DNA of 64,000 nt from an uncultured delta proteobacterium (GTDB lineage Bacteria > Myxococcota_A > Polyangia > Palsa-1104). The first letter of the stretch is position 1. Every line of letters starts with the position of its first letter. A model generated the notes under the pieces. It ran no database searches, had not been told where the DNA came from, and saw only the letters and a program-made list of their open reading frames with translations. The position numbers and the translations under genes were made by a program. Where the stretch lies: contig CAWAWS010000014.1 of assembly GCA_963785725.1 (NCBI GenBank), positions 96,001-160,000 of the forward strand, written 5' to 3'. Shown here one piece after another: positions 10,106-19,086 of this stretch.

Positions 10106-11545
10106 TCAGCGGAGCGCGACGGTCGTGCGGTGCCAGTCCGGCGTCGCCCAGCGGCGAAAGCTGACGAAGTTGTCGAGGTGCGCCGCCTGCTTCTCGACGA
10201 CGAGATCGTCGGCGCGCAAGATCTGGAAGCTGCGCGAAATCCACGGCGCCAGCGTGTTCGGCTGACCGAGCGGACCGGTCATGCGCGCCTCGCGGGCGAC
10301 GAGCAGCCGCGTGCCGTCGGGCGACCAGCCGGCGGCTTCGACGTAGCCGAGCTCGGGATCGACCGCCGCCGGCGCCAGCGGACGCGCCGACCAGCCGCTG
10401 CCGCCGCGGCGAATGAGCACGAGCTCGGTCCAGCCCGGCAGCGGCGACTGCGCGATCGTCAGCCCATCGCCGCGCGGCGACAGCTTCAGCGACGCCGGCC
10501 ACACGACGGCGTAGGTGCAATGCGCGAACAGGACGCGTCCCGCCTGCGCCACTTGCACGCAGGTTTCGCCCGGTTTGCCGGCGACGAAATTGACCGCCAG
10601 CGCCTTCATCGCCGTCGCCGCCGGGCGCGCCTCGGCCGCCGCGCGCACCGAGCCGACGCGCACCGCCGCTTCGTCGAACGCGAGCGCGTCGTCATCGGCC
10701 AGCTCGACCTTGTCGACGAGCGCGAGCTCGTGCGCGGCCGCCGCCGCTGCGGTCGCCGCGCCTTTGTCGTCGGACTTGCGGGCGCGCGCATAGGCCAGCT
10801 CCGCCTGCACCGACGCGCGTCGAATGCGCAGCTTGTCGACGAGCCACGCCGCCAGCGCCGGCGCCGCCGGATCGGCCTTGTCGAGCACGTCCGCCTGCCA
10901 CGCGACGAGCGACTCGCGCGTGTTCGCCTGCAGCGCCGGATCGACGCACGCCGGATCGGTCAGGCCGAGCGCCGCGCGCGCTCTGGCCGCCGGCGGCGAC
11001 GGCAGCGCCAGCACCCGCCGAAAGGCCTCGCCGTCGTAGCAGACGCGCGTGCGCCCGCCCTCAGCGAACGACGCGAATTTGACGCCGTAGCTGCCCGCGA
11101 CGTCGAGCTGCGCCGCCAGCGTCGCGTCGTTGGGCCGTGCCCAGCGCGACGACGCGCGCCGGCCCAGCCGCTCGGCCATGACGCCGAGCGCGTCGAAGAG
11201 CTCGCCGCCGACCGCGTTCGCCGGCGCCGCGCGTAAGAACAGCGCCGCATAGCCGATGCCGAGCGCCTCTTGTCCCGGCGTATCGCGCACGAAATCGATG
11301 ACCGCCGCCAGATCGCGCGCGCTCGACTCGGCCACGGCATAGCTGCGCACCTGCGCCGGCCGCACGTAACCGGGCCGCTCGTGACGATGATCGTAGACCT
11401 GCAGCCAACCTTGACGCTCGCCGCGCACTTCCAGCCAATCGCCGGCAAAGAGCTGCGTCTGCCGCGCCGCCGTCTCGCGCGCATCGCTGCGCAGCGGCGT
11501 CGCGTCCTGCGTCACCAAAGCCACGACGAGCGCCAAGGTCAGCAT
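10106..11545 (-). CDS. Secreted hypothetical protein with N-terminal SH3-like domain
   Basis: Short signal; LFAGDWLEVRGERQGWLQVY...GYV SH3b-like pattern; C-terminal WSPDG propeller-like motif. Confidence 0.65.
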   Translation of the reverse strand: MLTLALVVALVTQDATPLRSDARETAARQTQLFAGDWLEVRGERQGWLQVYDHRHERPGYVRPAQVRSYAVAESSARDLAAVIDFVRDTPGQEALGIGYAALFLRAAPANAVGGELFDALGVMAERLGRRASSRWARPNDATLAAQLDVAGSYGVKFASFAEGGRTRVCYDGEAFRRVLALPSPPAARARAALGLTDPACVDPALQANTRESLVAWQADVLDKADPAAPALAAWLVDKLRIRRASVQAELAYARARKSDDKGAATAAAAAAHELALVDKVELADDDALAFDEAAVRVGSVRAAAEARPAATAMKALAVNFVAGKPGETCVQVAQAGRVLFAHCTYAVVWPASLKLSPRGDGLTIAQSPLPGWTELVLIRRGGSGWSARPLAPAAVDPELGYVEAAGWSPDGTRLLVAREARMTGPLGQPNTLAPWISRSFQILRADDLVVEKQAAHLDNFVSFRRWATPDWHRTTVALR

Positions 11546-11547
11546 CG

Positions 11548-12822
11548 TTATTCTCCGTCGCTGCCGCTGTTGTTGACGGCCGGCTTCGCCGGCTGCGCTT
11601 GCTCGCCGCGCGCCTGATCCATGCGCTGCCCGATCAACCCGCCCGCGAAAAAGCCGCCTGCTTGCGGCGGCGCGATGATGACCTGGATCTTGTCCGACAG
11701 TTTATCGGCGATCGTCTTCTGAATCAGCAGCGGGTTCTTCTGAATCAGCACCGCCTCGCGCTCCATCTGCGCCGCCGACGCCTTGCCGGTGACGTCGATG
11801 CGCTGCGCGTCGGCGAGCGCCAGCTTCATGCGCGCGTCGGCCTCGCCGCCGGCCTCGATTCGCCGCGCCTCGGCTTCGCCTTCGGCCTGCTTCAAGCGCG
11901 TCACCTTCGACGCTTCGGCCTCGAGCCGGCGCTGCTCGATCTCCTTCTCTTTGAACGGCAGCACGTGCTTCATCGCCTCTTCGCGCGACTTGGCCGCGAT
12001 GATCTCCTCTTGACCCGCCGCCTCCGCCGCCTTCTCGCGCTTGACCTTGTCGGCGTCGGCCATGAGCGACGCCTCCTCGACCTGCTTCGTCTTGAGCTCC
12101 AGCGTGAAACGCATCTTCTCCGACGACAGCTCTTCGGCCAGCAGCGACTCGAGCCCGCGCTTGTAATCCTCGGGCAGATCGACGTTGCCGATGAAGACGT
12201 TGCGCACGACGATGCCGTCCGGCAAAAGGTTCGGCTTCAGCTGCTCCTCGATCTGCTGCTGAATCTCCGCCCGCTGCGTCGAGAAGATCTCGCGAACCGT
12301 GTGCTTGGCGAACGTCCGATGCAAGACGCCGTCGACGACCGGCTCGACCAGCTCGCGCCCGACGTCGGCCGGCAGCTCCTCGGCGACGGTGACGACATGC
12401 GCCGGATCGAGCGCGTAACGAACGGCCACGTCGACGCCGATGCTCAAGCCTTCGACCGTCTGAAACGGCGCGTCGCCGCCCGCGCGCGCCGAGCGCATCG
12501 GCCGGTAGATCTGGTCACGCAGCGGAAAGCGACGCAGCTCGTGCATGAATGGCAACACCAGCGCCCAGCCTTCGTGCACCTGCGACACCTGGCCGGTCAG
12601 GCGATTGACGCGCACGCCGACTTCGCCCGGGTTCACCGTGCGCACCGGCTTGGCCGCGACGAAGCCGATGCCCAGCGTCACCAGCGTCAACACCGCCAGG
12701 ATGCGTCGCCCGCGCTCCGACGACACCATCTCCATCACCCCGAGCAGCGCGGCCCAACAGGTCGCACGGACGAGGTATCCCGTCTTCTTCAGCCGCTCGC
12801 CGATTCGCTTGAGCACTTGCAT
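11548..12822 (-). CDS. SPFH / band 7 / prohibitin family membrane protein
   Basis: TM then VRTVNPGEVGVRVN, R...EIFSTQRAEI, GIVVRNVFIGNVDLP, AEA-rich coiled coil. Confidence 0.88.
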   Translation of the reverse strand: MQVLKRIGERLKKTGYLVRATCWAALLGVMEMVSSERGRRILAVLTLVTLGIGFVAAKPVRTVNPGEVGVRVNRLTGQVSQVHEGWALVLPFMHELRRFPLRDQIYRPMRSARAGGDAPFQTVEGLSIGVDVAVRYALDPAHVVTVAEELPADVGRELVEPVVDGVLHRTFAKHTVREIFSTQRAEIQQQIEEQLKPNLLPDGIVVRNVFIGNVDLPEDYKRGLESLLAEELSSEKMRFTLELKTKQVEEASLMADADKVKREKAAEAAGQEEIIAAKSREEAMKHVLPFKEKEIEQRRLEAEASKVTRLKQAEGEAEARRIEAGGEADARMKLALADAQRIDVTGKASAAQMEREAVLIQKNPLLIQKTIADKLSDKIQVIIAPPQAGGFFAGGLIGQRMDQARGEQAQPAKPAVNNSGSDGE

Positions 12823-12929
12823 GGTCGTTGCCTCCGACGCCCGCGTAGTGCAGTCGGTGAGCCGTAGCTAAGTGCTCGTAAGGCGTGACTTTGCGGCTGG
12901 GCTGACACAGGCGCGTGTCGCGCCGGACA

Positions 12930-14144
12930 CTAGGCGGCGCGCAGGCCGTCTTCGCGGGCGGCGCCGTCGTCCGACATGCCGTGCAAGCGGCGGCGGCGCG
13001 CGGGGCCGATCGCGATGTGCAGCGCCGTCGCCACGACGCAGACGGCGAAACAGCCGCTCCACAACACGCCCGAGCCGAAGCGGCCGAGCACGAGCGAGCC
13101 CAACGCCGGCGCCAGACACGCCGACGCGCCCCAGGCCATCTGATACGTGCCTTGATAGCTGCCGCGCAGCTGCGCCGGCGACAGATCGGCGGTCACCGTC
13201 GGCGCCACCGGCGAATAGATCAGCTCGGCCACGGTCCAGATGACGACCGTGCCGGCGTACCAAGCGGCGGTGTGGCCGGCGCCGGTGAGCCCAAAGCCGA
13301 CGCCTTGCAGCAGCGCGCCCGCCGCCAACACGTAGGCGCGCCGATAACGATGCACGACGCGAATCGCCAGCGGCTGAAAGAGGACGATCATGACGCCGTT
13401 GATCGCCATCAAGAGCCCGTATTGCGACTCGGGGACGCCGTGGCCGGTCACGTCCATCGGCAAGGTCGAGTTGCCTTGCGAGCCCACGAGCATGACCAAG
13501 AACTGCGCGAACACGTAGATCATGAAGACGCCGTCACGCAGCGGCGCGCGCGGATCCGGTCGTGGGCGCTTGGCCGTCGAGTGGCGCTCGGGATGCGACT
13601 CGGGCACGAAGCGATAGACGATGAGGCCGCAGGCCAGCGTCGTCGCCGCGTCGCCGATGAAGAGCCACGTGAAGCTCAGGCGCGCCAGGAAGCCGGCCAG
13701 CATGGCGGCGCCGGCGAAGCCCAAGTTCACGGCCCAGTAGAGGTAGCCGAAGGCGCGCGTGCGATCGGCGGGCGCGACGACGTCGGAGACGGCGGCGGCC
13801 TGCGCCGGACGGTACAGATCGTTGCAGAAGCCGAGCAGCAGCGTCGAGGCCGCGATGTGCCACGGCGTGCGCGCGAAGCCGAGCTGCAGCATCGCGGCCG
13901 CGCCGAGCGTGAAGCTGGCGAGCATCGTGCGCCGGCGCCCGACGTGATCGGCCAAGTAGCCGCCGACGGGACCGGACGCGAACGAGCCGAGGCCGTAGAG
14001 CATGACGACGAAGCCGGCCTCGGCGATGGTGAAGTGCCGCGCGCGATGCAGATAGAGCGCGAGAAACGTGTAGACGAAGCCGCCCAGGCGGTTGACCAGC
14101 GCCGCCGCCCACAAGAACCAGAAGCTGCGTGGTAGACCGCGCAT
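12930..14144 (-). CDS. Major facilitator superfamily transporter
   Basis: Start re-assigned to ATG 14144; about 12 hydrophobic segments; motif A GGYLADHVGRR. Confidence 0.9.
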   Translation of the reverse strand: MRGLPRSFWFLWAAALVNRLGGFVYTFLALYLHRARHFTIAEAGFVVMLYGLGSFASGPVGGYLADHVGRRRTMLASFTLGAAAMLQLGFARTPWHIAASTLLLGFCNDLYRPAQAAAVSDVVAPADRTRAFGYLYWAVNLGFAGAAMLAGFLARLSFTWLFIGDAATTLACGLIVYRFVPESHPERHSTAKRPRPDPRAPLRDGVFMIYVFAQFLVMLVGSQGNSTLPMDVTGHGVPESQYGLLMAINGVMIVLFQPLAIRVVHRYRRAYVLAAGALLQGVGFGLTGAGHTAAWYAGTVVIWTVAELIYSPVAPTVTADLSPAQLRGSYQGTYQMAWGASACLAPALGSLVLGRFGSGVLWSGCFAVCVVATALHIAIGPARRRRLHGMSDDGAAREDGLRAA

Positions 14145-14200
14145 GCTGAGCCGTAGAGGATGAAGGAGCCGCGCGCCGGCGCAAGCGCCAGTGCGCGAAT

Positions 14201-14416
14201 TTACGGTGGATCCAGCTTGGGCGCGCCGTCGCTGGGCAGCCGTCGGCGCGTGCGCAGAAACAGCGACACGATCGGCGTCAGCAGCGCGATCGTGGCCATG
14301 CCGAACAGGAGAAACGTCACGTCCACGCCCAGCGACGACGAGTTGGGGTTGTAGCCCCATTTGACGGCCAAGATGCGGCCACGACGTGCCCTCCAGCGAC
14401 GATATAAGCCGATCAT
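14201..14416 (-). CDS. Small membrane-anchored peptide with GYNPNSSS motif (candidate radical SAM substrate)
   Basis: 71 aa MIGLYRRWRARRGRILAVKWGYNPNSSSLGVDVTFLLFGMATIALLTPIVSLFLRTRRR...; ATG overlaps upstream stop (ATGA). Confidence 0.7.
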   Translation of the reverse strand: MIGLYRRWRARRGRILAVKWGYNPNSSSLGVDVTFLLFGMATIALLTPIVSLFLRTRRRLPSDGAPKLDPP

Positions 14417-14862
14417 GGGTCGGCGCTGCAGGTGGCCGCCTGCGACAGGCACTTGTGACACTCGGGCGCTTTGCCGGTGCACGACATGCCTTGGCCGACG
14501 TAGGTGTTGTTGATGCACATCTGACAGGCGGCCGAGGTCGTGCCCATGTCGTCGGTGACGGCGCACAATCCGGCGCCGCCCATGTCGTTCGCCGTCGGGC
14601 AATATTGGCTGAAGCAATTCTGCAGCTCGATCTCCTCGAACGTCGCCGTGGGCGTTGCCATCTGCCGGCAGTTGAAGATGCAGACCGGCGTCGTGCACTT
14701 CTTCTCGCAGTTGTTCAGCGCTTGGCAGTTGTAGGCACCCGCCAAATCGAGCCCGGACAAGTCGAAGATGGGGATCGCCAGATCGGCCGGCATAGTGGCG
14801 TTGAAATCTCCGCTGAGGCAGCCTGCAACGACGAGCACAGCTGCGAGTGAGAACGCTCGCAT
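14413..14862 (-). CDS. Cys-rich lipoprotein
   Basis: ATG 14862, lipobox VAGC, many Cys in CxxxC / CxxC spacing. Confidence 0.75.
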   Translation of the reverse strand: MRAFSLAAVLVVAGCLSGDFNATMPADLAIPIFDLSGLDLAGAYNCQALNNCEKKCTTPVCIFNCRQMATPTATFEEIELQNCFSQYCPTANDMGGAGLCAVTDDMGTTSAACQMCINNTYVGQGMSCTGKAPECHKCLSQAATCSADP

Positions 14863-14879
14863 TCCTCGATGGTAGCGGA

Positions 14880-15377
14880 TCAAACCGAGTCGGAGAAGCA
14901 GGAGTTGAGCGGGTCGACGCAGAGGCCGCACTTGGGATCGGTGACGGTCGGCGGATCTTTGTTGGTCGCCGGATCGACGTCGACGCAGCTGCCGTGCTTG
15001 CCGCCGGTCGGGCTTTGGCCGAACTGCACGCACCACACGCACTCGGACTCGACGTCGCAGGCGCCGCCCGTCGACGTCGCGCCGGCGTCGGGCGGGCCGC
15101 ACTGGTCGTTGATGCAGTCGAAGAGCGCTTGGGCGAGCGTGGCGGCGCGGCTGTTGGCGCGGGCGGCGCACGCGGCTTGCGCGGTCGTGTCGGTGCCGGC
15201 GGCGTTGATGCAGTCGACGAGGCCGCCGCAGGCCAGCGGGCTCGTCATCGTCATGTCGGGCGGGCCGAGATCGGCGTTGCGACGCGTCGACGGGCCGCCG
15301 CAGCCGCCGCCGAGGACGAGCCAGCCGCCAGCGAGCAGGAGCCTTCCGAGCGTTCCGACCCTTGCCGTCGTCGTCAT
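14880..15377 (-). CDS. Cys-rich lipoprotein (similar Cys pattern to neighbour)
   Basis: ATG 15377, lipobox-like GGGC, C..L..C...C...L..C....C pattern shared with 14413..14862. Confidence 0.7.
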   Translation of the reverse strand: MTTTARVGTLGRLLLAGGWLVLGGGCGGPSTRRNADLGPPDMTMTSPLACGGLVDCINAAGTDTTAQAACAARANSRAATLAQALFDCINDQCGPPDAGATSTGGACDVESECVWCVQFGQSPTGGKHGSCVDVDPATNKDPPTVTDPKCGLCVDPLNSCFSDSV

Positions 15378-15490
15378 CTGACTCCGCCCCAACAGGCCGT
15401 GGGCTGCGCAGTAACGCGCCCCTCGATTTTTACGACTGGGAAGGCAGCGCGTAAAGCGAAAAGCCGCGTGCACGTGCTACACAATCGGCC

Positions 15491-16777
15491 GTGGCCTCGG
15501 TGGTCTATCAAATCTTCGTCGCCGCGTTCGGTGGGCTCGATGGCGTCGCCGCACATTTGCCGCACGTGCGCGCGCTCGGTGCCGACGCGGTCTATCTGAC
15601 GCCGCTATTTTCGGCGCCGTCGGCGCACAAATACGACACGACCGACTTCGATGTCGTCGATGCCGGCTTCGGCGGCGAAGCGGCGTTCCAGCGCGTCGTC
15701 GCCGGCTGTCGCGCGCACGGCCTCGGCCTCATCCTCGACGGTGTCTTCAACCACGTCGGCGCCGGCCACCGTTGGACGCACGAGCATCCGAGCTGGTTCA
15801 GCGGCAGCGATTGGCGCGGCTTCCCGTCGCTGCGCGAGCTCGACACGACGCAAGCGGAAGTCCGCCGCGTCTTGTGCGACGTCGTCGCCGGCTGGACGCG
15901 CCGCGGCGCCAGCGGCTGGCGGCTCGACTGCATGAACGATCTCGGCCCGCGCTTCGCCGAGGAATTGGCGACCGCCGCGCGCGACGCCGGCGCCCGCGAC
16001 GGCGTCGTCGGCGAGATCATGGCCTATCCCGCCGGCTGGGTGAGATCGGGAAGCGCGCTCACCGGCGTGATGAACTATTGGCTACGCGCCGTCGCCCTTC
16101 AGCTCGCGCACGCGACCTCGCCGGCGACGCTGCTGCAATACGCCCTCGATCGCTTGGCCGCCGAGATGCCGGCCGACGTGTTGGCGCGCTCGTGGACGCT
16201 CATCGGCTCGCACGACACGACGCGCGTCGCCACCGCGCTCGGCTCGGAAGCGGCCGTCGACGTCGCGCAGGCGCTCATGTTCACCTATCCCGGCATGCCG
16301 ATGATCTACTACGGCGACGAGATCGGGCAGCTCGGCGGCTCCGATCCCGACTGTCGCCGGCCGCTGCCGCCGTCATCCGAGTGGAATCTGCAGCGGCTCG
16401 CGCGCACGCGGCTCTTGTGTCGCCTGCGGTGCGAGCATCCGGCGCTGACGAGCGGTCGTTACGTGCCCTTGCCGCAGCCGGGGACCGACGTCATCGCCTT
16501 CGCGCGCATCCCGCAAGAGCCGGCGCAGACGCTGATTTTCGTCGCCAATGCCAGCCCGCGCCCGACGCAGACGACGCTGTTCTTGCCGCTCGCGTTCGGC
16601 TTCGATGCGCTGCCGCTCGTCGACCAGCTGGGCACCGTCCCGGAATGCGCGCTGCACGAAGGCACGCTCCGGCTGACCCTGCCGCCGCACGGCGCCGTCC
16701 TCCTGGCCGCGCGCGACGATCTGCCGGGCGGCTACCGCTTCTTCAAGCCGTCGCTCGTGCTAGATTCCGCCGCGTGA
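15491..16777 (+). CDS. GH13 alpha-amylase family (cyclomaltodextrinase / neopullulanase-like)
   Basis: VYQIF, YLTPLF, HKYDT, DGVFNH, GWRLD, GEI, SHD, IYYGDEIG, DPDCRR. Confidence 0.9.
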   Translation: MASVVYQIFVAAFGGLDGVAAHLPHVRALGADAVYLTPLFSAPSAHKYDTTDFDVVDAGFGGEAAFQRVVAGCRAHGLGLILDGVFNHVGAGHRWTHEHPSWFSGSDWRGFPSLRELDTTQAEVRRVLCDVVAGWTRRGASGWRLDCMNDLGPRFAEELATAARDAGARDGVVGEIMAYPAGWVRSGSALTGVMNYWLRAVALQLAHATSPATLLQYALDRLAAEMPADVLARSWTLIGSHDTTRVATALGSEAAVDVAQALMFTYPGMPMIYYGDEIGQLGGSDPDCRRPLPPSSEWNLQRLARTRLLCRLRCEHPALTSGRYVPLPQPGTDVIAFARIPQEPAQTLIFVANASPRPTQTTLFLPLAFGFDALPLVDQLGTVPECALHEGTLRLTLPPHGAVLLAARDDLPGGYRFFKPSLVLDSAA

Positions 16778-19080
16778 ATCGCATCGTCCACTGGCTCGCC
16801 GGCACGGCCGAGAAGCGGATCGCGCTGGCGCTCCTCTGCCTGTGCGCGATGATCTACATCCCGCTCGCAGGCACCTACGGCATGTGGGATCCGTGGGAGA
16901 CCCACTACGGCGAGATCGCGCGTCAAATGGCGCATCGCAACGACTGGGTCAGCTTGTGGTGGCCGGGCTCGCCGCTCGATCGCTCCGAGGTGTTCCACAA
17001 GCCGGTGCTGCACTTCTGGCTCATGGCGCTGTCGATGAAGCTGTTCGGCATCGAATGGGGCCACTCGCCGCCGACGGAGATGGTCGACGGCTGGCGCGTC
17101 GAGTGGGCGGCGCGCCTGCCGAACATCTTCCTCTCGCTGGCGGCGATTTGGAGCGTGTGGTCGCTGGTGTCACGCCTGGCCGGCCGGCGCGCCGGCGCGC
17201 TGGCCGCGCTCATTCTGGCGACGTCGACGCAGTGGGCGCTCATCACGCGCCAAGCCATGACCGACATGCCGTTCGTGGCGCCGATGACGATCGCGCTGGC
17301 GCTGGCCGGCCTCGCGCTCCTCGGCAGCGACGAGGAGTTCACGACGCCGCTGCCGCGCCGCGAATTTACACTCGGCGGCTTCGCGTTCAGCTATCCGATG
17401 GCGCCGGCGTTCACGGCGTTCATGGCGCTCTTCGTCATCAGCGTCATTCCGCAGCTGATCGTCATGTCGATCCAAGTCAGCTGGATCGCGATCCTGTTCA
17501 ACTATCGCATTCGCATGATCGGCCTCGTGCCGATGCTGCCCTATTTCATCGTGTTTCTCGTCGGTGTCTGGTGGTGCGCTCGCGCCGTCAACCGCCGCCA
17601 GCTCTACCTCTTCTCGGCGTACCTGCTCGGCGCCATCGCCTGTCTCGCCAAAGGTCCGGCCGGCATCGCGCTGCCCGGCCTCGTCCTACTGCTCTATCTG
17701 CTCGTCGCCGGGCGCTGGCGCGACATCATCTTCGCGCTCGAGGTGCCGCGCGGCACCGTGCTCTTCATCGCCTGCGCGTTTCCTTGGTACCACTCGATGC
17801 TGATCCTGCACGGCGCGCCGTTTTGGCGCGAGTTCATCGGCGACAACTACGTCAACCGCGCCGCCGGCCGCCACGGCGATCGCGGCACCTTCGAGTATTA
17901 CCTGCAGTACATCGGCTACGGCATGTTCCCGTGGTCGGGCCTTGTCACGGTCGCCGGCGCGCTCTCGTTCACGAAGCTGCGCGAGCGGTCGGTGCGCGCG
18001 CAGCTGGCGGCGTTCGCCATCGTCTGGTTCCTCGTCGAATTCTCGACGGTGTCGCTGGTCAACACCAAGTTCCACCACTACATCCTGCCGGCGCTGCCGG
18101 CGCTGGCGATCTTGACCGGCCTCTTCCTCGACGATCTGCTGCGCGCGCCGACGCGCGGTCAGCTGTGGGGGCTCGCCCTCATCGCGCTGCCGCTGACGTT
18201 CCTGGCCGGCCGCGACCTGGCCGCGTTCCCGCCGCGCATCGGCTGGATGTTCAACTACGACTACGTCAACATGCCCGGCACCGGCCGTCCGTGGCCGACG
18301 GTGGCGCTGTTCGGCGACCGCTACGAATACGGCACGCAGATCCTCGTCTTCAGCGCCATCGCCGCGCTCGCCGTCGCGGCCTTGTGGTGGTCGTCGTGGC
18401 GCACGCGCGAGCTGGCGACATCGACCGAGCTGCCCGATCGCGCCGAGACCGCCGCGCCGCAGCGCTTTGCCGGCCCGCTCTTGATCGCGTTCGGCCTGAC
18501 GCTCGGCATCGGCCTCCTCCTCGGCCCGTCGACGGAGCACGGCCTCGCGCCCACGATCGGCCGCTGGGCCTGGATTTGGCCGACGATTCTCATGCTCGGC
18601 TGGCTGGTCGCCTTCGCGCGGCTGTTCGTGCGCACGTCGCCGGGCGCGCGCTCCGTCGCGCTGTGGGTGGTCGCCGCCGTCGCCGTCGGCTGGAGCGGGT
18701 TCGCGCTCGACAAGATCCTCGTCGAGACCTCGCCGCATTGGGCGCAAAAGCACGTCATCGCCGCCTATTACGCCAATCGCAAGCCCGGAGAGCCGCTCAT
18801 CGCCTGGCAGCTCTATTGGCGCGGCGAGAACTTCTACTCGCGTAACGAGATCTACGACGAGTCCAAGCCGCTGCTCGAGAAGACGGTGTTTTTGGGCGAT
18901 CGCAACGGCGAGCGCATGCAGGACTATTTCAAGACACACAAAGGGCTGCGCGTCTTCTTCGTCGTCGAGCGGGCGCGCTTCGAGACGTTGCGGCAGCTCT
19001 TGCCCGATTACGCGCGTCCGACGCTGACCATCGTCGATCAGTCGAACAACAAGCTCTATCTCGCGTCCGCGCAGCTCTAA
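16774..19080 (+). CDS. ArnT-like GT-C membrane glycosyltransferase
   Basis: GTG overlapping GH13 stop; WDPWETHYGEIARQM, FHKPVLHFW, ARLP, AKGP, TKFHHYILP; many TMs. Confidence 0.88.
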   Translation: MNRIVHWLAGTAEKRIALALLCLCAMIYIPLAGTYGMWDPWETHYGEIARQMAHRNDWVSLWWPGSPLDRSEVFHKPVLHFWLMALSMKLFGIEWGHSPPTEMVDGWRVEWAARLPNIFLSLAAIWSVWSLVSRLAGRRAGALAALILATSTQWALITRQAMTDMPFVAPMTIALALAGLALLGSDEEFTTPLPRREFTLGGFAFSYPMAPAFTAFMALFVISVIPQLIVMSIQVSWIAILFNYRIRMIGLVPMLPYFIVFLVGVWWCARAVNRRQLYLFSAYLLGAIACLAKGPAGIALPGLVLLLYLLVAGRWRDIIFALEVPRGTVLFIACAFPWYHSMLILHGAPFWREFIGDNYVNRAAGRHGDRGTFEYYLQYIGYGMFPWSGLVTVAGALSFTKLRERSVRAQLAAFAIVWFLVEFSTVSLVNTKFHHYILPALPALAILTGLFLDDLLRAPTRGQLWGLALIALPLTFLAGRDLAAFPPRIGWMFNYDYVNMPGTGRPWPTVALFGDRYEYGTQILVFSAIAALAVAALWWSSWRTRELATSTELPDRAETAAPQRFAGPLLIAFGLTLGIGLLLGPSTEHGLAPTIGRWAWIWPTILMLGWLVAFARLFVRTSPGARSVALWVVAAVAVGWSGFALDKILVETSPHWAQKHVIAAYYANRKPGEPLIAWQLYWRGENFYSRNEIYDESKPLLEKTVFLGDRNGERMQDYFKTHKGLRVFFVVERARFETLRQLLPDYARPTLTIVDQSNNKLYLASAQL

Positions 19081-19086
19081 CGCGCG

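Noticed and set aside
15772..16773. Long N-terminal extensions in ORF-track entries (15772, 5864, 8249, 48389 and similar)
   Set aside because: They overlap real genes in other frames or strands; stop codons are scarce in high-GC DNA; starts were re-assigned
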